This document shows positions 10,500 to 21,313 of a DNA stretch of 64,000 nt, piece after piece. Both the position numbers and the translations under genes were made by a program. The DNA is from an uncultured Nitrososphaeraceae archaeon (GTDB lineage: Archaea > Thermoproteota > Nitrososphaeria > Nitrososphaerales > Nitrososphaeraceae). The notes beneath the pieces were generated by a model, which saw only the letters and a program-made list of their open reading frames with translations, had not been told where the DNA came from and searched no databases. Position 1 is the stretch's first letter, and every line of letters starts with the position of its first letter. Location of the stretch: assembly GCA_963779615.1 (NCBI GenBank), contig CAVZZA010000005.1, forward strand, positions 800,001 to 864,000, given 5' to 3'.

Positions 10500-12380
10500 T
10501 TATCTCTTCAGGTGCTGTGTCGTCAGAGGCTGCATCGTCAGAGGCTGCATCGTCAGGCGGTGTGTCGTCAGAGGCTGCATCGTCAGGCGGTGTGTCGTCA
10601 GAGGCTGCATCGTCAGCGGTGTGTCGTCAGGCGGTGTGTCGTCAGGCTCTGGCGGTTCTGGTGGCTCATATCTCTCTCCTGGTCCTTCCACTTGGATTTC
10701 TCCAACCATGGAAGGATGGTAGACACAATAGTATGGGAAAGTGCCGGGTATGTCAAACACCAAGCTATAGTGCTGGCCCGTCAGAATCGCATTTGAGTCA
10801 AACAGGGTCCCCTCATCCGTATCATCACCCGTTCCCGAAGTTACGGTATGGGATGCTATGTCCCCATTAAACCATGTAACAGTTTGCCCAACATCAATTT
10901 CAATTGGGTCTGGAGAATAGGAATTGCTGCCATCAATCCCTACAATTATTGCCTTTGTGGAATTGGCCGGCGGTGTCACGTTTGAAACATCGGTGATCTT
11001 GGAAGAGACCGGTTTTTTCACCTCCGCTTTGGCTTGTGACTTTGGCAGGATTTTAAAGAGATCTCCGTGATAGCCCAAAACATAAAGGTACCCGTCTGGG
11101 CCGACCTTCATATCGGTAATCCCACCAAACCCCTGGCCAAATATTATTGGCTGGTTCTCAGGGGGCGTGTCAGCCTGGTTGTCGGACAATGCCTCAAAGT
11201 CACCCACATAGGTGTTGTTGGTGATTTCAATGTCCTCCCTATCGTCACTCAGGGTGAATCTGTACAGATACCCGTTGTTGATGTCACCTGTGAACATGTT
11301 GTTTTCATACTCTTTGCCAAGCTTGTCCGAGTTCAGGAACTTAACCGCGGTGGGACCGACTGTTGTTTTCCAAACGAATTTTGGGTCACTGTACTCGCTG
11401 TCCCCCAAACTCACAACATCGCTGTCTGTAAACCCGGTTTCCAAAAGGTCGTCGTCGGCATATCCCTGAAGCAGGGACCAACCGCCATTAAACCCCGGTT
11501 TGATCAGGTTGACTTCATCCCCCGTGTCGGGCCCGTTCTCTGTGTCCCACAGGTTTCCTGTTACCGGGTCAAAATCCATGCCAAAACTGTTGCGGATTCC
11601 CATCCCGTAATACAGGCTCAACGGCAAATCCTCACCAAAAATCGGATCCCCTGGCACAACCTTGCCATCCTGGGTCATTCTCAGCACTCCACCCAGACCG
11701 TTGGCCTCAGGCCCTGTGGCATTGTTTTGGGTGATAGTATTATGCTCACCAACCTCGCCAACAATCACATACACATTGTTATCGGGCCCTATCACGACCT
11801 TTCCCCCATTGTGTTCCGCCCTGCCATTAACTGGAATTGCGGTTAAATCCAAAAGAAGCACCGGGTTAAACAGCTGTCCATCCTTGTACTCATACCTGTA
11901 CAGCCTGTTACCCAATGGATCAATGTTGGTTGTTAGAGGGGAATCACTCCCATCCAGATTGTTTCCAGACTCTGTGGTATAGAGAAAAACATAGGTTTTG
12001 CCGGTATCGTTGTGCTTGGATATGGCCATTCCAAGCAACCCCCGCTCAATCTGGTTAGCCACAGCAAGATCAAGCACAGGTATGTTTCTTTGAATGTCAC
12101 CGTCAAATATCCTATAGACGATGCCAGTGTTTTTTTCTGTCACAAGAATGTCATTGGGACCGACAAAAGCCATGGTTGTCGGGGCCTTTAAACCGCTGGC
12201 CACTTTCACGACTGTAAGGTTTGGGTCATTGACCGTAGGGCCAGTGGGTAATGCGGGCGCTTTCACATATGCACCGTAAGAAAGATCTACGGGTGAAACA
12301 ACCGACATTGATAGTACGCCAAAAAAGAACATAACAAAGGTTAATGAAATTTTTATATGGTTCGAAGAGGAATCTATCAA
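10500..12380 (-). CDS. Secreted PQQ-dependent sugar dehydrogenase (sGDH/GSDH propeller) fused to a C-terminal cupredoxin and an acidic repeat tail
   Basis: ERGLLG, HNGG, GIRNSFGMDFDP, TENGP..DEVN, GPDGYLY; then SHTVTSG...YYCVYHPSMVG (type-1 Cu H/C/H/M). A 1-nt deletion near 10616 shifts the tail; the corrected stop is at 10486. Confidence 0.9.
   Translation of the reverse strand: MIDSSSNHIKISLTFVMFFFGVLSMSVVSPVDLSYGAYVKAPALPTGPTVNDPNLTVVKVASGLKAPTTMAFVGPNDILVTEKNTGIVYRIFDGDIQRNIPVLDLAVANQIERGLLGMAISKHNDTGKTYVFLYTTESGNNLDGSDSPLTTNIDPLGNRLYRYEYKDGQLFNPVLLLDLTAIPVNGRAEHNGGKVVIGPDNNVYVIVGEVGEHNTITQNNATGPEANGLGGVLRMTQDGKVVPGDPIFGEDLPLSLYYGMGIRNSFGMDFDPVTGNLWDTENGPDTGDEVNLIKPGFNGGWSLLQGYADDDLLETGFTDSDVVSLGDSEYSDPKFVWKTTVGPTAVKFLNSDKLGKEYENNMFTGDINNGYLYRFTLSDDREDIEITNNTYVGDFEALSDNQADTPPENQPIIFGQGFGGITDMKVGPDGYLYVLGYHGDLFKILPKSQAKAEVKKPVSSKITDVSNVTPPANSTKAIIVGIDGSNSYSPDPIEIDVGQTVTWFNGDIASHTVTSGTGDDTDEGTLFDSNAILTGQHYSLVFDIPGTFPYYCVYHPSMVGEIQVEGPGERYEPPEPPEPDDTPPDDTPLTMQPLTTHRLTMQPLTTHRLTMQPLTMQPLTTQHLKR
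10517..10645 (-). repeat. 15-bp unit tandem repeat encoding PDDTP / SDDAA
   Basis: Alternating cgtcagaggctgcat and cgtcaggcggtgtgt units. Confidence 0.9.
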
Positions 12381-13758
12381 TATAAATAGATTAAATTTTA
12401 ATTGATTAAAATGTTTTTTTATATTTTCCTGATAAATAATAACTAGATAATATACTAGAATTTTTTAATGGTATTATAGTAACAGATAAAGGCCTATTAA
12501 ATTGTCAAAACATATTCTGTTTCTGGATTATGGAAAAATAAAATAATTATATTCACAGCTATAACACTAACAATAATCTTAATTATTTTATTCTATTGTT
12601 CACTCTACTCTTATAGAATCAAATTGCTTCTCGTCTTTTTGATGCTTTACCATTGTCAACAAGAGCATATTGCATATGGATATGTAACCACCCCTCACGC
12701 GTTGGTGAAATCCACGCTATTATCACACTCTAACATTTTTTCCGAACACCTTATCGCTGATAAAACCATTAAGAAGAACCTGTGGGGCATCATACAGGAT
12801 AAAGGGATTCAAAAATGAATGAAGTGTTTCTACAAATATACATATCAAGACACATGACGAAAAGGTGAATAGCATTGCATAATTTCAAGTTGTTTTTACA
12901 ATTTGCATTATTCATCGCAAAACAACACAATATCTTTGGAAGTTGCAATAACCCATAAAAATAAAGATGAATGAAACTATTTTCGCCTATTAGGTGGTAC
13001 TTTTGAAAGGATACAAGAGCCATTTGTAGTCTCCAAAATGCTACAAACTCCACCCTAATAAAACGACAAATAACCAATTCAACAGTAGATGGAAACTTCA
13101 ATCCATGTCTTTTGAGGAGGCGGATGAAAAAAAAATAACGGCATTACCAACTTTTAAAATATTGTCCGATAATTAATTTGCAAACAAAATGGACAGGCAA
13201 TAAGGCATCCATTAAATTTTATGATTCCAAATTACAAACATATTGTGAATGACCATTAGTTTACGGTACTGAAACCGCTCAACAATCCCCTATAGTTACC
13301 AATAATGCTCAACATCAGTTCATAGAAAGACAGGTTCAAAACAGCAATGCAACTGTGCCTGACCCCATTATGATTTGACTATGGGTATAGAGTAATAATT
13401 CGCATTTGATTACCAAGGGATACAAAAATCATAGATGGAAAAATCTGAAAAATCAAAGCAAAAGGTTTGGATCGAATCAAATCTACAACGCTATTCCCTT
13501 TTTGTTGTTCCTTTAAAATATGAGATTGAAATTGGTAGAATAATGGTTAGAGAAAAGTAATGAATACTCTTTCTGTGAGGAGTGTATAGGAAATAAAGGT
13601 TCCCCTAAAAAATAAAAAAACTTTTTACACACTTAATATAAAAGTTTTTTTGTAAATTGTTATATTTTAACTTATAGTATAATTTTATATATTTTTTAAC
13701 TGTATGAAATATACTACATATATATATTATAAAACTATACTAGATATATTATAAAAGG

Positions 13759-15499
13759 ATGTTAAAAGCTCAAATAATTCTAGGAATTTTATTTATTAGT
13801 ATTTTATGTATGATGAGTGCAGGTCCCGTCAATAATATAGTAAATGCAAAGTCAAACGACGGCGGCGGCAAGGACCATGACAACGACGGCGGCGGCAAGG
13901 ACCATGACAACGACGGCGGCGGCAAGGACCATGACAACGACGGCGACGGCAAGGACCATGACAACGACGACAACGGCAAGGACCATGACAACACGACAAC
14001 GGCAAGGACCATGACAACGACGACAACGGCAAGACAATGATGACAACGACAACGGCAAGGACCATGACAACGGCAACGCAAGGACATGACAACGAGCAAC
14101 GGCAAGGACCATGACAACGGCAACAATGATGACAACGACAACGGCAAGGACCATGACAACGGCAACCAATGATGACAACGACAACAAGGACCATGACAAC
14201 GGCAACAATGATGACAACGACAACGGCAAGGACCATGACAACGGCAACAATGATGACAACGACAACGGCAAGGACCATGACAACGGCAACAATGATGACA
14301 ACGACAACGGCAAGGACCATGACAACGGCAACAATGATGACAACGACAACGGCAAGGACCATGACAACGGCAACAATGATGACAACGACAACGGCAAGGA
14401 CCATGACAACGGCAACAATGATGACAACGACAACGGCAAGGACCATGACAACGGCAACAATGATGACAACGACAACGGCAAGGACCATGACAACGGCAAC
14501 AATGATGACAACGACAACGGCAAGGACCATGACAACGGCAACAATGATGACGGAAAAAATGATCCACATAAAGAAATAGCAAGCAGTGAAACGACAACTA
14601 CCCCAGCAGCAGCGACAACTACCCCAGCAGCAGCAGCAGCGACAACAGCAAACAGTCTTATAACTACCCCAGCAGCAGCAGCAGCAAACAATCTAACTGC
14701 ATCCACACCAACTAACGCAACAACTACAGCAGCAGCAAACAATCTAACTGCATCCACACCAACTAACGCAACAACTACAGCAGCAGCAAACAATCTAACT
14801 GCATCCACACCAACTAACGCAACAACTACAGCAGCAGCAAACAATCTAACTGCATCCACACCAACTAACGCAACAACCGATGCATCCACACCAACTAACG
14901 CAACAACCGATGCATCCACACCAACTAACGCAACAACAGATGCATCCACACCAACATCAATAATAATTCCAGGATCAAAAACGGTACCAACATCAGCAGC
15001 AGCAACTAACCCAACCGATGCATCAACAGCAGCAACAAACAATCTAACAACAAACAGCCCAACAACAACAGATGCATCTACACCAACATCAATAATAATT
15101 CCAGGATCAAAAACGGTACCAACATCAGCAGCAGCAACTAACGCAACAACCGATGCATCAACAGCAGCAGCAGCAACTAACCCAACAACAAACAGCCCAA
15201 CAACAACAGATGCAGCAACTAACCCAACAACAAACAGCCCAACAACAACAGATGCATCCACACCAACATCAATAATAATTCCAGCATCAAAAACGGTACC
15301 AACAGCAGCAGCAGCAACTAACCCAACCGATGCATCAACAGCAGCAGCAGCAACTAACCCAACCGATGCATCTACACCAACATCAATAATAATTCCAGCA
15401 TCAAAAACGGTACCAACATCAGCAGCAGCAGATAACCCAACGGCACCAATACTATCAACATCACTAATGCTCTCTACAACTCTAAATAACGCCAGATGA
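13759..15499 (+). CDS. Secreted low-complexity protein: signal peptide, (G)KDHDN His/Asp/Asn repeats, then Thr/Ala mucin-like repeats; frameshifted inside the repeat tract
   Basis: ORF 13759 gives the signal peptide and GGGKDHDND repeats; ORF 14111-15499 continues the same repeat in another frame; several indels lie at about 13990-14170. Confidence 0.8.
13858..14551 (+). repeat. Tandem array of 27-bp units changing to 42-bp units (GGCAAGGACCATGACAACGGCAACAATGATGACAACGACAAC)
   Basis: About 19 AAGGACCATGACAAC cores; exact 42-bp spacing from 14186 to 14522. Confidence 0.95.
14590..15440 (+). repeat. Thr/Ala-rich coding repeats (51-bp x4, 30-bp x about 3, DASTPTSIIIP(G/A)SKTVPT x4)
   Basis: AAANNLTASTPTNATTT, DASTPTNATT and SIIIPxSKTVPT repeats visible in both translation and DNA. 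Confidence 0.9.
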
Positions 15500-16043
15500 T
15501 TTTAAAAGGTATTTAACTTTAACAGAATCTAAAAATCATTTTTTTTCTAAACAAAAATTCAAAAAAGGTCGATATTTCCCACAAATCAAAAACTGTGCTA
15601 CAATATAATATACCAAGGCCAAATAAGTCTTGCACAAAATATATCAAATAATTCTATAAAATGCAATAACGTATTAAAGCACCATAGTAACCATAGTGCA
15701 CTAAACCAAATAAAGAATATTTTTTAACGATATAATCCAATAAAATTTGGCAAAATCGCTGCAAACTAGTCATATATGGACACCGTTCTGTATGTTCCGC
15801 CAGTTGTTGCAAAATACTATCAATGAATCCCCATCAGAACATACATCAAATCTACAGACCCGGCAACCAACAATTATGATAAATGAAATCGCATAAGGGC
15901 AAAGCATAATCCCATTAGCATGTCACGACACAAGCACACCAACGCTCAAGATAAACAGGATTTTGCCTGTTATTTTAAATGTCATTCAGCATCACAAAAA
16001 AAAACAAAAAAAAACAAAAAAAAACCGGAATTACTTTACGTTA

Positions 16044-16712
16044 TTACTCTACTTTTATCTCTTTACCCTTTGGTTTTGTACTTGCCTTTTTGTTAAAAGT
16101 TATTTCAAGGATCCCGTTATTGTATGTGGATTTCACAGTCTCGATATCTGCGTCTTGAGGCAACTCTATGGTTTTATGGTATTTTCTTTGGGGGTTATTC
16201 GCTATAACTTCAACTGACCCATCAAAAGCATTAATACTTATGTCTTCTTTTTTTACGCCGGGCATTTCCAGAACAACTTTAACTTCGTTATCCGTTGTGT
16301 TTACATCTACTAAAGGCTCTCTCTCTGAAGTTATCTGTTGATTAGATTCTGTTGTTTCTCCAAGCATTGTTTTTCCTGTCCATCCACCAGCTGATTTGAC
16401 ATTTCCAAACTCCCTTACTTTGGGTTTGCCATCAGGTCCGACAGTCATTGTATAGCCATATACTATTGGCCCCACTTCCCGTACTTTGACACCTTCTGGT
16501 GTTTGGTATTCCCTTATCAGTTCTTTTGGTGCATTGGTTCGCATTTCTTTAAATTGATTAAACATTCTTCCCATTTCTTCCTGCATTTCCTCAAATGCCC
16601 GGAATGGATCGGTTTCAAAAAAACTACTTTTCACGGCATTTCTGGCACCAATACCCCTAGATCCAAAAAATCTCTCAAACCAATCATAATTATCTATATC
16701 TCTTGTATTCAT
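16044..16712 (-). CDS. hsp20: Archaeal small heat-shock protein Hsp20
   Basis: GPIVYGYTMTVGPDGKPKVREFGN, REPLVDV, EMPGVKKEDI, YNNGILEI (alpha-crystallin domain). Confidence 0.95.
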   Translation of the reverse strand: MNTRDIDNYDWFERFFGSRGIGARNAVKSSFFETDPFRAFEEMQEEMGRMFNQFKEMRTNAPKELIREYQTPEGVKVREVGPIVYGYTMTVGPDGKPKVREFGNVKSAGGWTGKTMLGETTESNQQITSEREPLVDVNTTDNEVKVVLEMPGVKKEDISINAFDGSVEVIANNPQRKYHKTIELPQDADIETVKSTYNNGILEITFNKKASTKPKGKEIKVE

Positions 16713-16727
16713 TTTGTAATATTCACC

Positions 16728-16757
16728 TATATTATGTAATGTATATTACATAATATA
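16728..16757. promoter_or_regulatory. Palindromic operator-like site on the hsp20 promoter
   Basis: TATATTATGTAAT-gtat-ATTACATAATATA with perfect 13-bp arms, 16 bp upstream of the start codon, abutting an AT-rich TATA-like tract. Confidence 0.6.
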
Positions 16758-16978
16758 TATTTTTCGAACATTGTGTGTTATTCTTGACACTACTAATCTC
16801 AATTTCACTTTATTGGAAATTTGCTTTAAACTGTTGATTCTTCAATACAGTACATAAAAATTTTTCATGGCTTCTTTCAGGTATTTTCGAACATACCCCT
16901 CAACCATCAATTTCAGTTCGGGGCACATGGCAGCGTTGCAAGTCAACAACTACTTTTTCACTTTCTTACAACTGCGCT

Positions 16979-18183
16979 TCAAAATCTATAGATAAATTCA
17001 GATTGGAAACCATTGCCAAGCCTAATTCCCAACGATGCAACATAATTTCCAATGGCTAATTGCAAGGATTCCCACTCATTTAACGCAGTAGCAATATCAC
17101 CTCTATACTTTTGTATGGATTTGGCTAAGGCAACTGCGTTTTTGGCTGCCTTAGACGTACTAGCAGCAGTATGTGGCCGACCACAAAAGATGCGTCCCCA
17201 ATTAAGCATGCACGATCAAAAGCCATTCTAGAAACCGATAGATCATAAATTGCTTGTACAGATGGCCCCTCTGTTGCAAATAGCAGCTCTTGAAAGCTAT
17301 CTGGCAGAATATATTCTGCAGCGGTTTTATGTTCTTTTACAATGTCCCCATCCACCATTCCCTGTGAAACTGTAAACTCCCGTTCAACTCCGTTTCTGTC
17401 GGTCAAAACCTTTTTTAACTTACCGCCTTGAGATGGCACATTAAAATACCAGACCCAGTTTAGACGCCGTTTGCCCAAAGATAACTCCCCGTCTGATCCA
17501 GGAATAAGATAGCACAAAATATGCGTTTTGTGTCCAAGGAAGAAGGTAAGCTTGTGTGAAAAGACGTCCAATAATTTTGGCGTTACTTCACTCTCCCTAA
17601 CGAGCCCTCTCCATGCTACATACCCAGAGTAATACGGCTACACTTCAGGAAGGAGTTGGTGTCGCACTGTGGATCCTGCCCCATCTGCACCAATCAAAAG
17701 ATCACGTGTTTTGTGTTTTGTGTTTTCTTCAAATTCAACAACTATGTGATTTTTCTTTTGCTTAAAACTGGTCATTTTTCTTTCGTTATGATACAGTTTA
17801 TCCGGGAAAGTTTCCCCCAACACGCGATAAAGCAATTCCCAAGAGGTCATTAATTGCATTGATGGCTCTTCTGACTCTATTGTGCCATCTCTTCTCAAAT
17901 ACTGCCTTTTGTAGGCGGGTACACTCAGAGACTGACTCGGGACTATATTGTGCTCTTTGAGAAAATTCACTATCTCCATCTGCATTACAATACCAGCACC
18001 ACGGCCTTTCATGTTCACAGGAGATTTTTCGGAAACTTCAACATCACAATTAACAGACCGCAGGGCTATGGCGGCAAACAATCCACCAAGAGAACCACCA
18101 ATCACGATGACTTTTGGATAATCAGGTTGTGCCGACTGTAGTAACGGTGATGGTGGTGTTGGTGTTGGTGGTGTAGGGTCCAT
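16979..18183 (-). pseudogene. FAD-dependent monooxygenase (2,6-dihydroxypyridine 3-monooxygenase-like), disrupted
   Basis: VIGGSLGGL, GAGIV, IGADG, then EV*PYYSGYVAWRG (in-frame TAG at 17638-17640), and LIGDASFV/RPHTAASTSKA (frameshift near 17185). Confidence 0.85.
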
Positions 18184-19079
18184 ATTGTCTGAAAACGCAG
18201 TATTCTTTCCGTAAATTTTTGGTAAGGAGAAATAACGTGTGTTTCCATATTCCATTTATTTGCTACCACTAAAATTATGAATGATAATGTTATCTTAAAT
18301 CACTATAAGTAGATTGCTTTAACCATTTTGGCATAATAGAAAATGACATCATGGATAAATTAAAGGTGAAACAGGCATGCCACAAACTCACGAAAATACA
18401 TTGAAAGCAATAATGCAAAAGCCATTCAAATTGAGGTTTTACCGGATTGTTGTCCCCATTGGTTTCCATGCGTCCTATTGACGCCATACTTGGTTTGAAG
18501 CAACGAACAAAGCAAGCACTCAAAGCACAAGCAGGGTAGGAAAAACAGATATTGGATATTTAAGGCTCATGACTGACCACACAACCCGATCACTGTTGTA
18601 ACGGGTCCATCCACGAACCCCAAATAAACGCATCACCTACACACACATGTATTCTCCGGAGAATAACTAGTATCTTTTTTGAAACAAGTTCCTTTTGTCA
18701 CATACCACGCTTTATCAGCACAATTTGAAAGCCCCCATGCCTTCAACCGTCAGTCAGCATCCGATCTGTCCCATATGTCAAGTATGCTGGTTGCCAGCCA
18801 GCCACCTCACCTTTTTCCCATGTTCCTGCCTTTACCCTATCCTGTTACGATTAACGGATAGCAACAGTGTTTCCAGAACAGTACAGGATAGTTTTTTTCA
18901 CCACAGGTAAATGCAGTATTTGTAGAGTCCTCGTCAACCAAAGAAACCGTGATTAAAAAGGTGGTTGAGGACATAAAGATAAAAATTGTAAAACCTATGA
19001 TGCTTTAGTTACATATCGTAATATCGCAATATTTTATCACACAGTCTTTCCACAAGTGAAAAAATAAAGCAAAAGACAA

Positions 19080-20090
19080 CTAATTCACTATATGCAGAAT
19101 TTCGTTAACGTTTGCAAACGATATGTCGGGTGTAGGCCCCCCACCAATCACAAAGATATTGTTGCCCATAGAAACTGCGGCTAGCCCATGACGTGGTGTG
19201 GGCATAGGTACGTTGGCCATCCACGTGTTTTTCTGTGGACTGTATTTTTCAACAGTGTTAAAGGTGTTGTCAGGGGCTTCCCCTCCAAATACATATATCG
19301 CCCCATTAACCGTTGCTGCTGCTATTCCGCCCCTTTCAGTGGGCATTGAGGCAAGGGAGGCCCAGGAATTGGACTTTGGGTCAAATACCTCATTGGTGTT
19401 TATATTGGAAGATTTACCTGTTGGTCTGCCCCCAATGACATATAGTTTTCCATCTACAACTGAGGAGGCCATGTGTTGTCTTGCAGTAGGCATAGGTGCC
19501 TTTTCGGTCCAGGTGTTAGTTGCCGGATCAAAAGCTTCGTTTGATTTCAAGGGTCCATCTGCCGTTCCGCCCACAGCATAAAGGATTCCATTTACAAACT
19601 GAGCGGTTAATGCGGCTCTAGCGGTGGGCATGGATGTGCCTTCCGTCCATTGATTGGTTGAGGGGTCGTATATGAAGAGTTTGTTTGACGGAATTTTATC
19701 ATCAAGGAACCCCCCAACAAGGTATATCTTACCATTGAGTGTTGCTCCGGAAGCGTGGTTAAGGTTCTCAGGAACTGGAGCAGCAGTGCTCCAACTATCT
19801 GTTTTTGTGTCATATACCTCCACGCTGTTCTTGTTACGTTTTCCTGTTTCACCATAGCCTGCAATAATGTATATTTTATCACCTACAGAAGTATAGGCTG
19901 ACTCCATTTTGGGAATAACACTGTTTGCTCCCTTGGTCCAATAGTTTGTTGTTGCTGTTGTTGTATTGGATGTTTGGGCATAGACATAAGAGGCAATAAA
20001 AGCAATAGAAAAAAAACCCATAAACAAAATCCCAACATAAATCAAAGCGTGCATTGTCATACTATTATTGCGTTTACCAAAGATATTCAT
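19080..20090 (-). CDS. Secreted Kelch-repeat beta-propeller protein
   Basis: Six Kelch repeats (GKIYLVGG..YDP....W...MPTAR); N-terminal hydrophobic segment ending VYAQ; start set at MNIFG. Confidence 0.9.
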   Translation of the reverse strand: MNIFGKRNNSMTMHALIYVGILFMGFFSIAFIASYVYAQTSNTTTATTNYWTKGANSVIPKMESAYTSVGDKIYIIAGYGETGKRNKNSVEVYDTKTDSWSTAAPVPENLNHASGATLNGKIYLVGGFLDDKIPSNKLFIYDPSTNQWTEGTSMPTARAALTAQFVNGILYAVGGTADGPLKSNEAFDPATNTWTEKAPMPTARQHMASSVVDGKLYVIGGRPTGKSSNINTNEVFDPKSNSWASLASMPTERGGIAAATVNGAIYVFGGEAPDNTFNTVEKYSPQKNTWMANVPMPTPRHGLAAVSMGNNIFVIGGGPTPDISFANVNEILHIVN

Positions 20091-20171
20091 AAATGAGTTT
20101 CGATTGCATTTTAGAATATAACTAAAAAACCTATAAATACGTAACAAATACCGAAGAGAAACGAAACAAAG

Positions 20172-20467
20172 ATGAGATTTCTTGTTACAACAAAAGTATA
20201 TAAACAATACAAAATGCTGAAGATTTACAAAGACAAGCCAAGATGGTAAACAACCAAATACAAAAGATAATAGATACAGGCAAACTGATAGAAGGCGGCC
20301 AATTTGCAGATGGGCGTGGGCATTTCTTTTTGATAGATGTAAACAGCGAAAAAGAAATGCTGGAAATGCTAAACAGAGGGATTCTGGATTCGTGCTATGT
20401 AGAAAGTCATCCCATAGTGTCATTCAGCGATTTATTTGAATTCTTTAAAAGGAATCCACCAAAATAA
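20172..20467 (+). pseudogene. Small DUF3303/muconolactone-isomerase-like protein, frameshifted near 20205
   Basis: MRFLVTTKV from 20172 is one base out of frame with ...GKLIEGGQFADGRGHFFLIDV..VESHPIVSF. Confidence 0.55.
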
Positions 20468-21313
20468 AGTCAATGCTTTTCGCGTAAAGTCCTCAAAAAC
20501 AAAAAAAATATTTATCTTTAAACCAAAAAATTGAAAGATTGAGATTGCCTAGGCCATCATCCTTTGTTATCAAAATAGCCAGGTAAACACGACTATGTGT
20601 ATGACTAACAGGCACAAAATCATGGATGAAAAAAATCCAAGTTACGTGTATTGGGACTAATGGATCTCACGATACCTTCGTAGATGCATCGGTTCCAAAT
20701 AAGGCATACTATCCCTTTAATCCAAACAAAAATAGCATTTAATCGCAGGCATAACAATGGATAAATTCAGCCATTATCGCTGATGAGGCATTATCTTTCG
20801 GTGTGATGGATGAATTAGATTCCCGACCAAAAGCTCCCAGTGCATATGGGTTCAATGACAAAGTACAGAAAGACAGCATAGCAAAGAAAACCACCACCAT
20901 ACAAAACTATTTTGGATTGCTTGACACAGACATTACTCCTCCTATTCACATGAATGCTATAAAGGTTCGATTTCTTTAACATGGCAACAAAAACTGCTTT
21001 GTAAAACCTTACTTGTTTATAAAAACAGCATATAAAAAAACTCATTTGGGCGGCTTTGCATGCCTCGCCGATCCAACTAATGAAGGGCATGGAAACTGGT
21101 TACAGCACTGGTGAAGGTTAATTGAATAATATATACCTCAATGAACTGTAGCAACAGGTTTTGTTTAAAATTTGTATTTTTTGTGTGTCAATGTGTTTTC
21201 AGTCGCCTGATCTTACAACCGTTAAATGGCTACGCCACCTTTAAATCCTCTGCATCAAATGCAAGATGCGTGAAAACCAAATTTTCATTCCACCACAAGA
21301 CCTTGTTTTAAAT

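Noticed and set aside
11067-11846. 259-aa plus-strand ORF and similar antisense ORFs over ADH, Rieske and ABC genes
   Set aside because: Shadow ORFs opposite well-supported genes, with no motifs.
13858-14551. Possible CRISPR array
   Set aside because: Units are contiguous with no unique spacers, lengths are multiples of 3 and they lie in a signal-peptide ORF; no cas genes are present.
13770-15261. Long minus-strand ORFs (Cys/His-rich CCRCHGPC, Val-rich)
   Set aside because: They are antisense shadows of the stop-free repeat; the plus strand has the promoter-like region and signal peptide.
17638-17640. In-frame TAG as pyrrolysine or read-through
   Set aside because: The same gene also has a frameshift, the other in-frame stops are TAA, and no pyl genes are visible.
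20091-20423. N-terminal extension of the Kelch ORF
   Set aside because: It overlaps the divergent plus-strand gene; the credible start is 20090.
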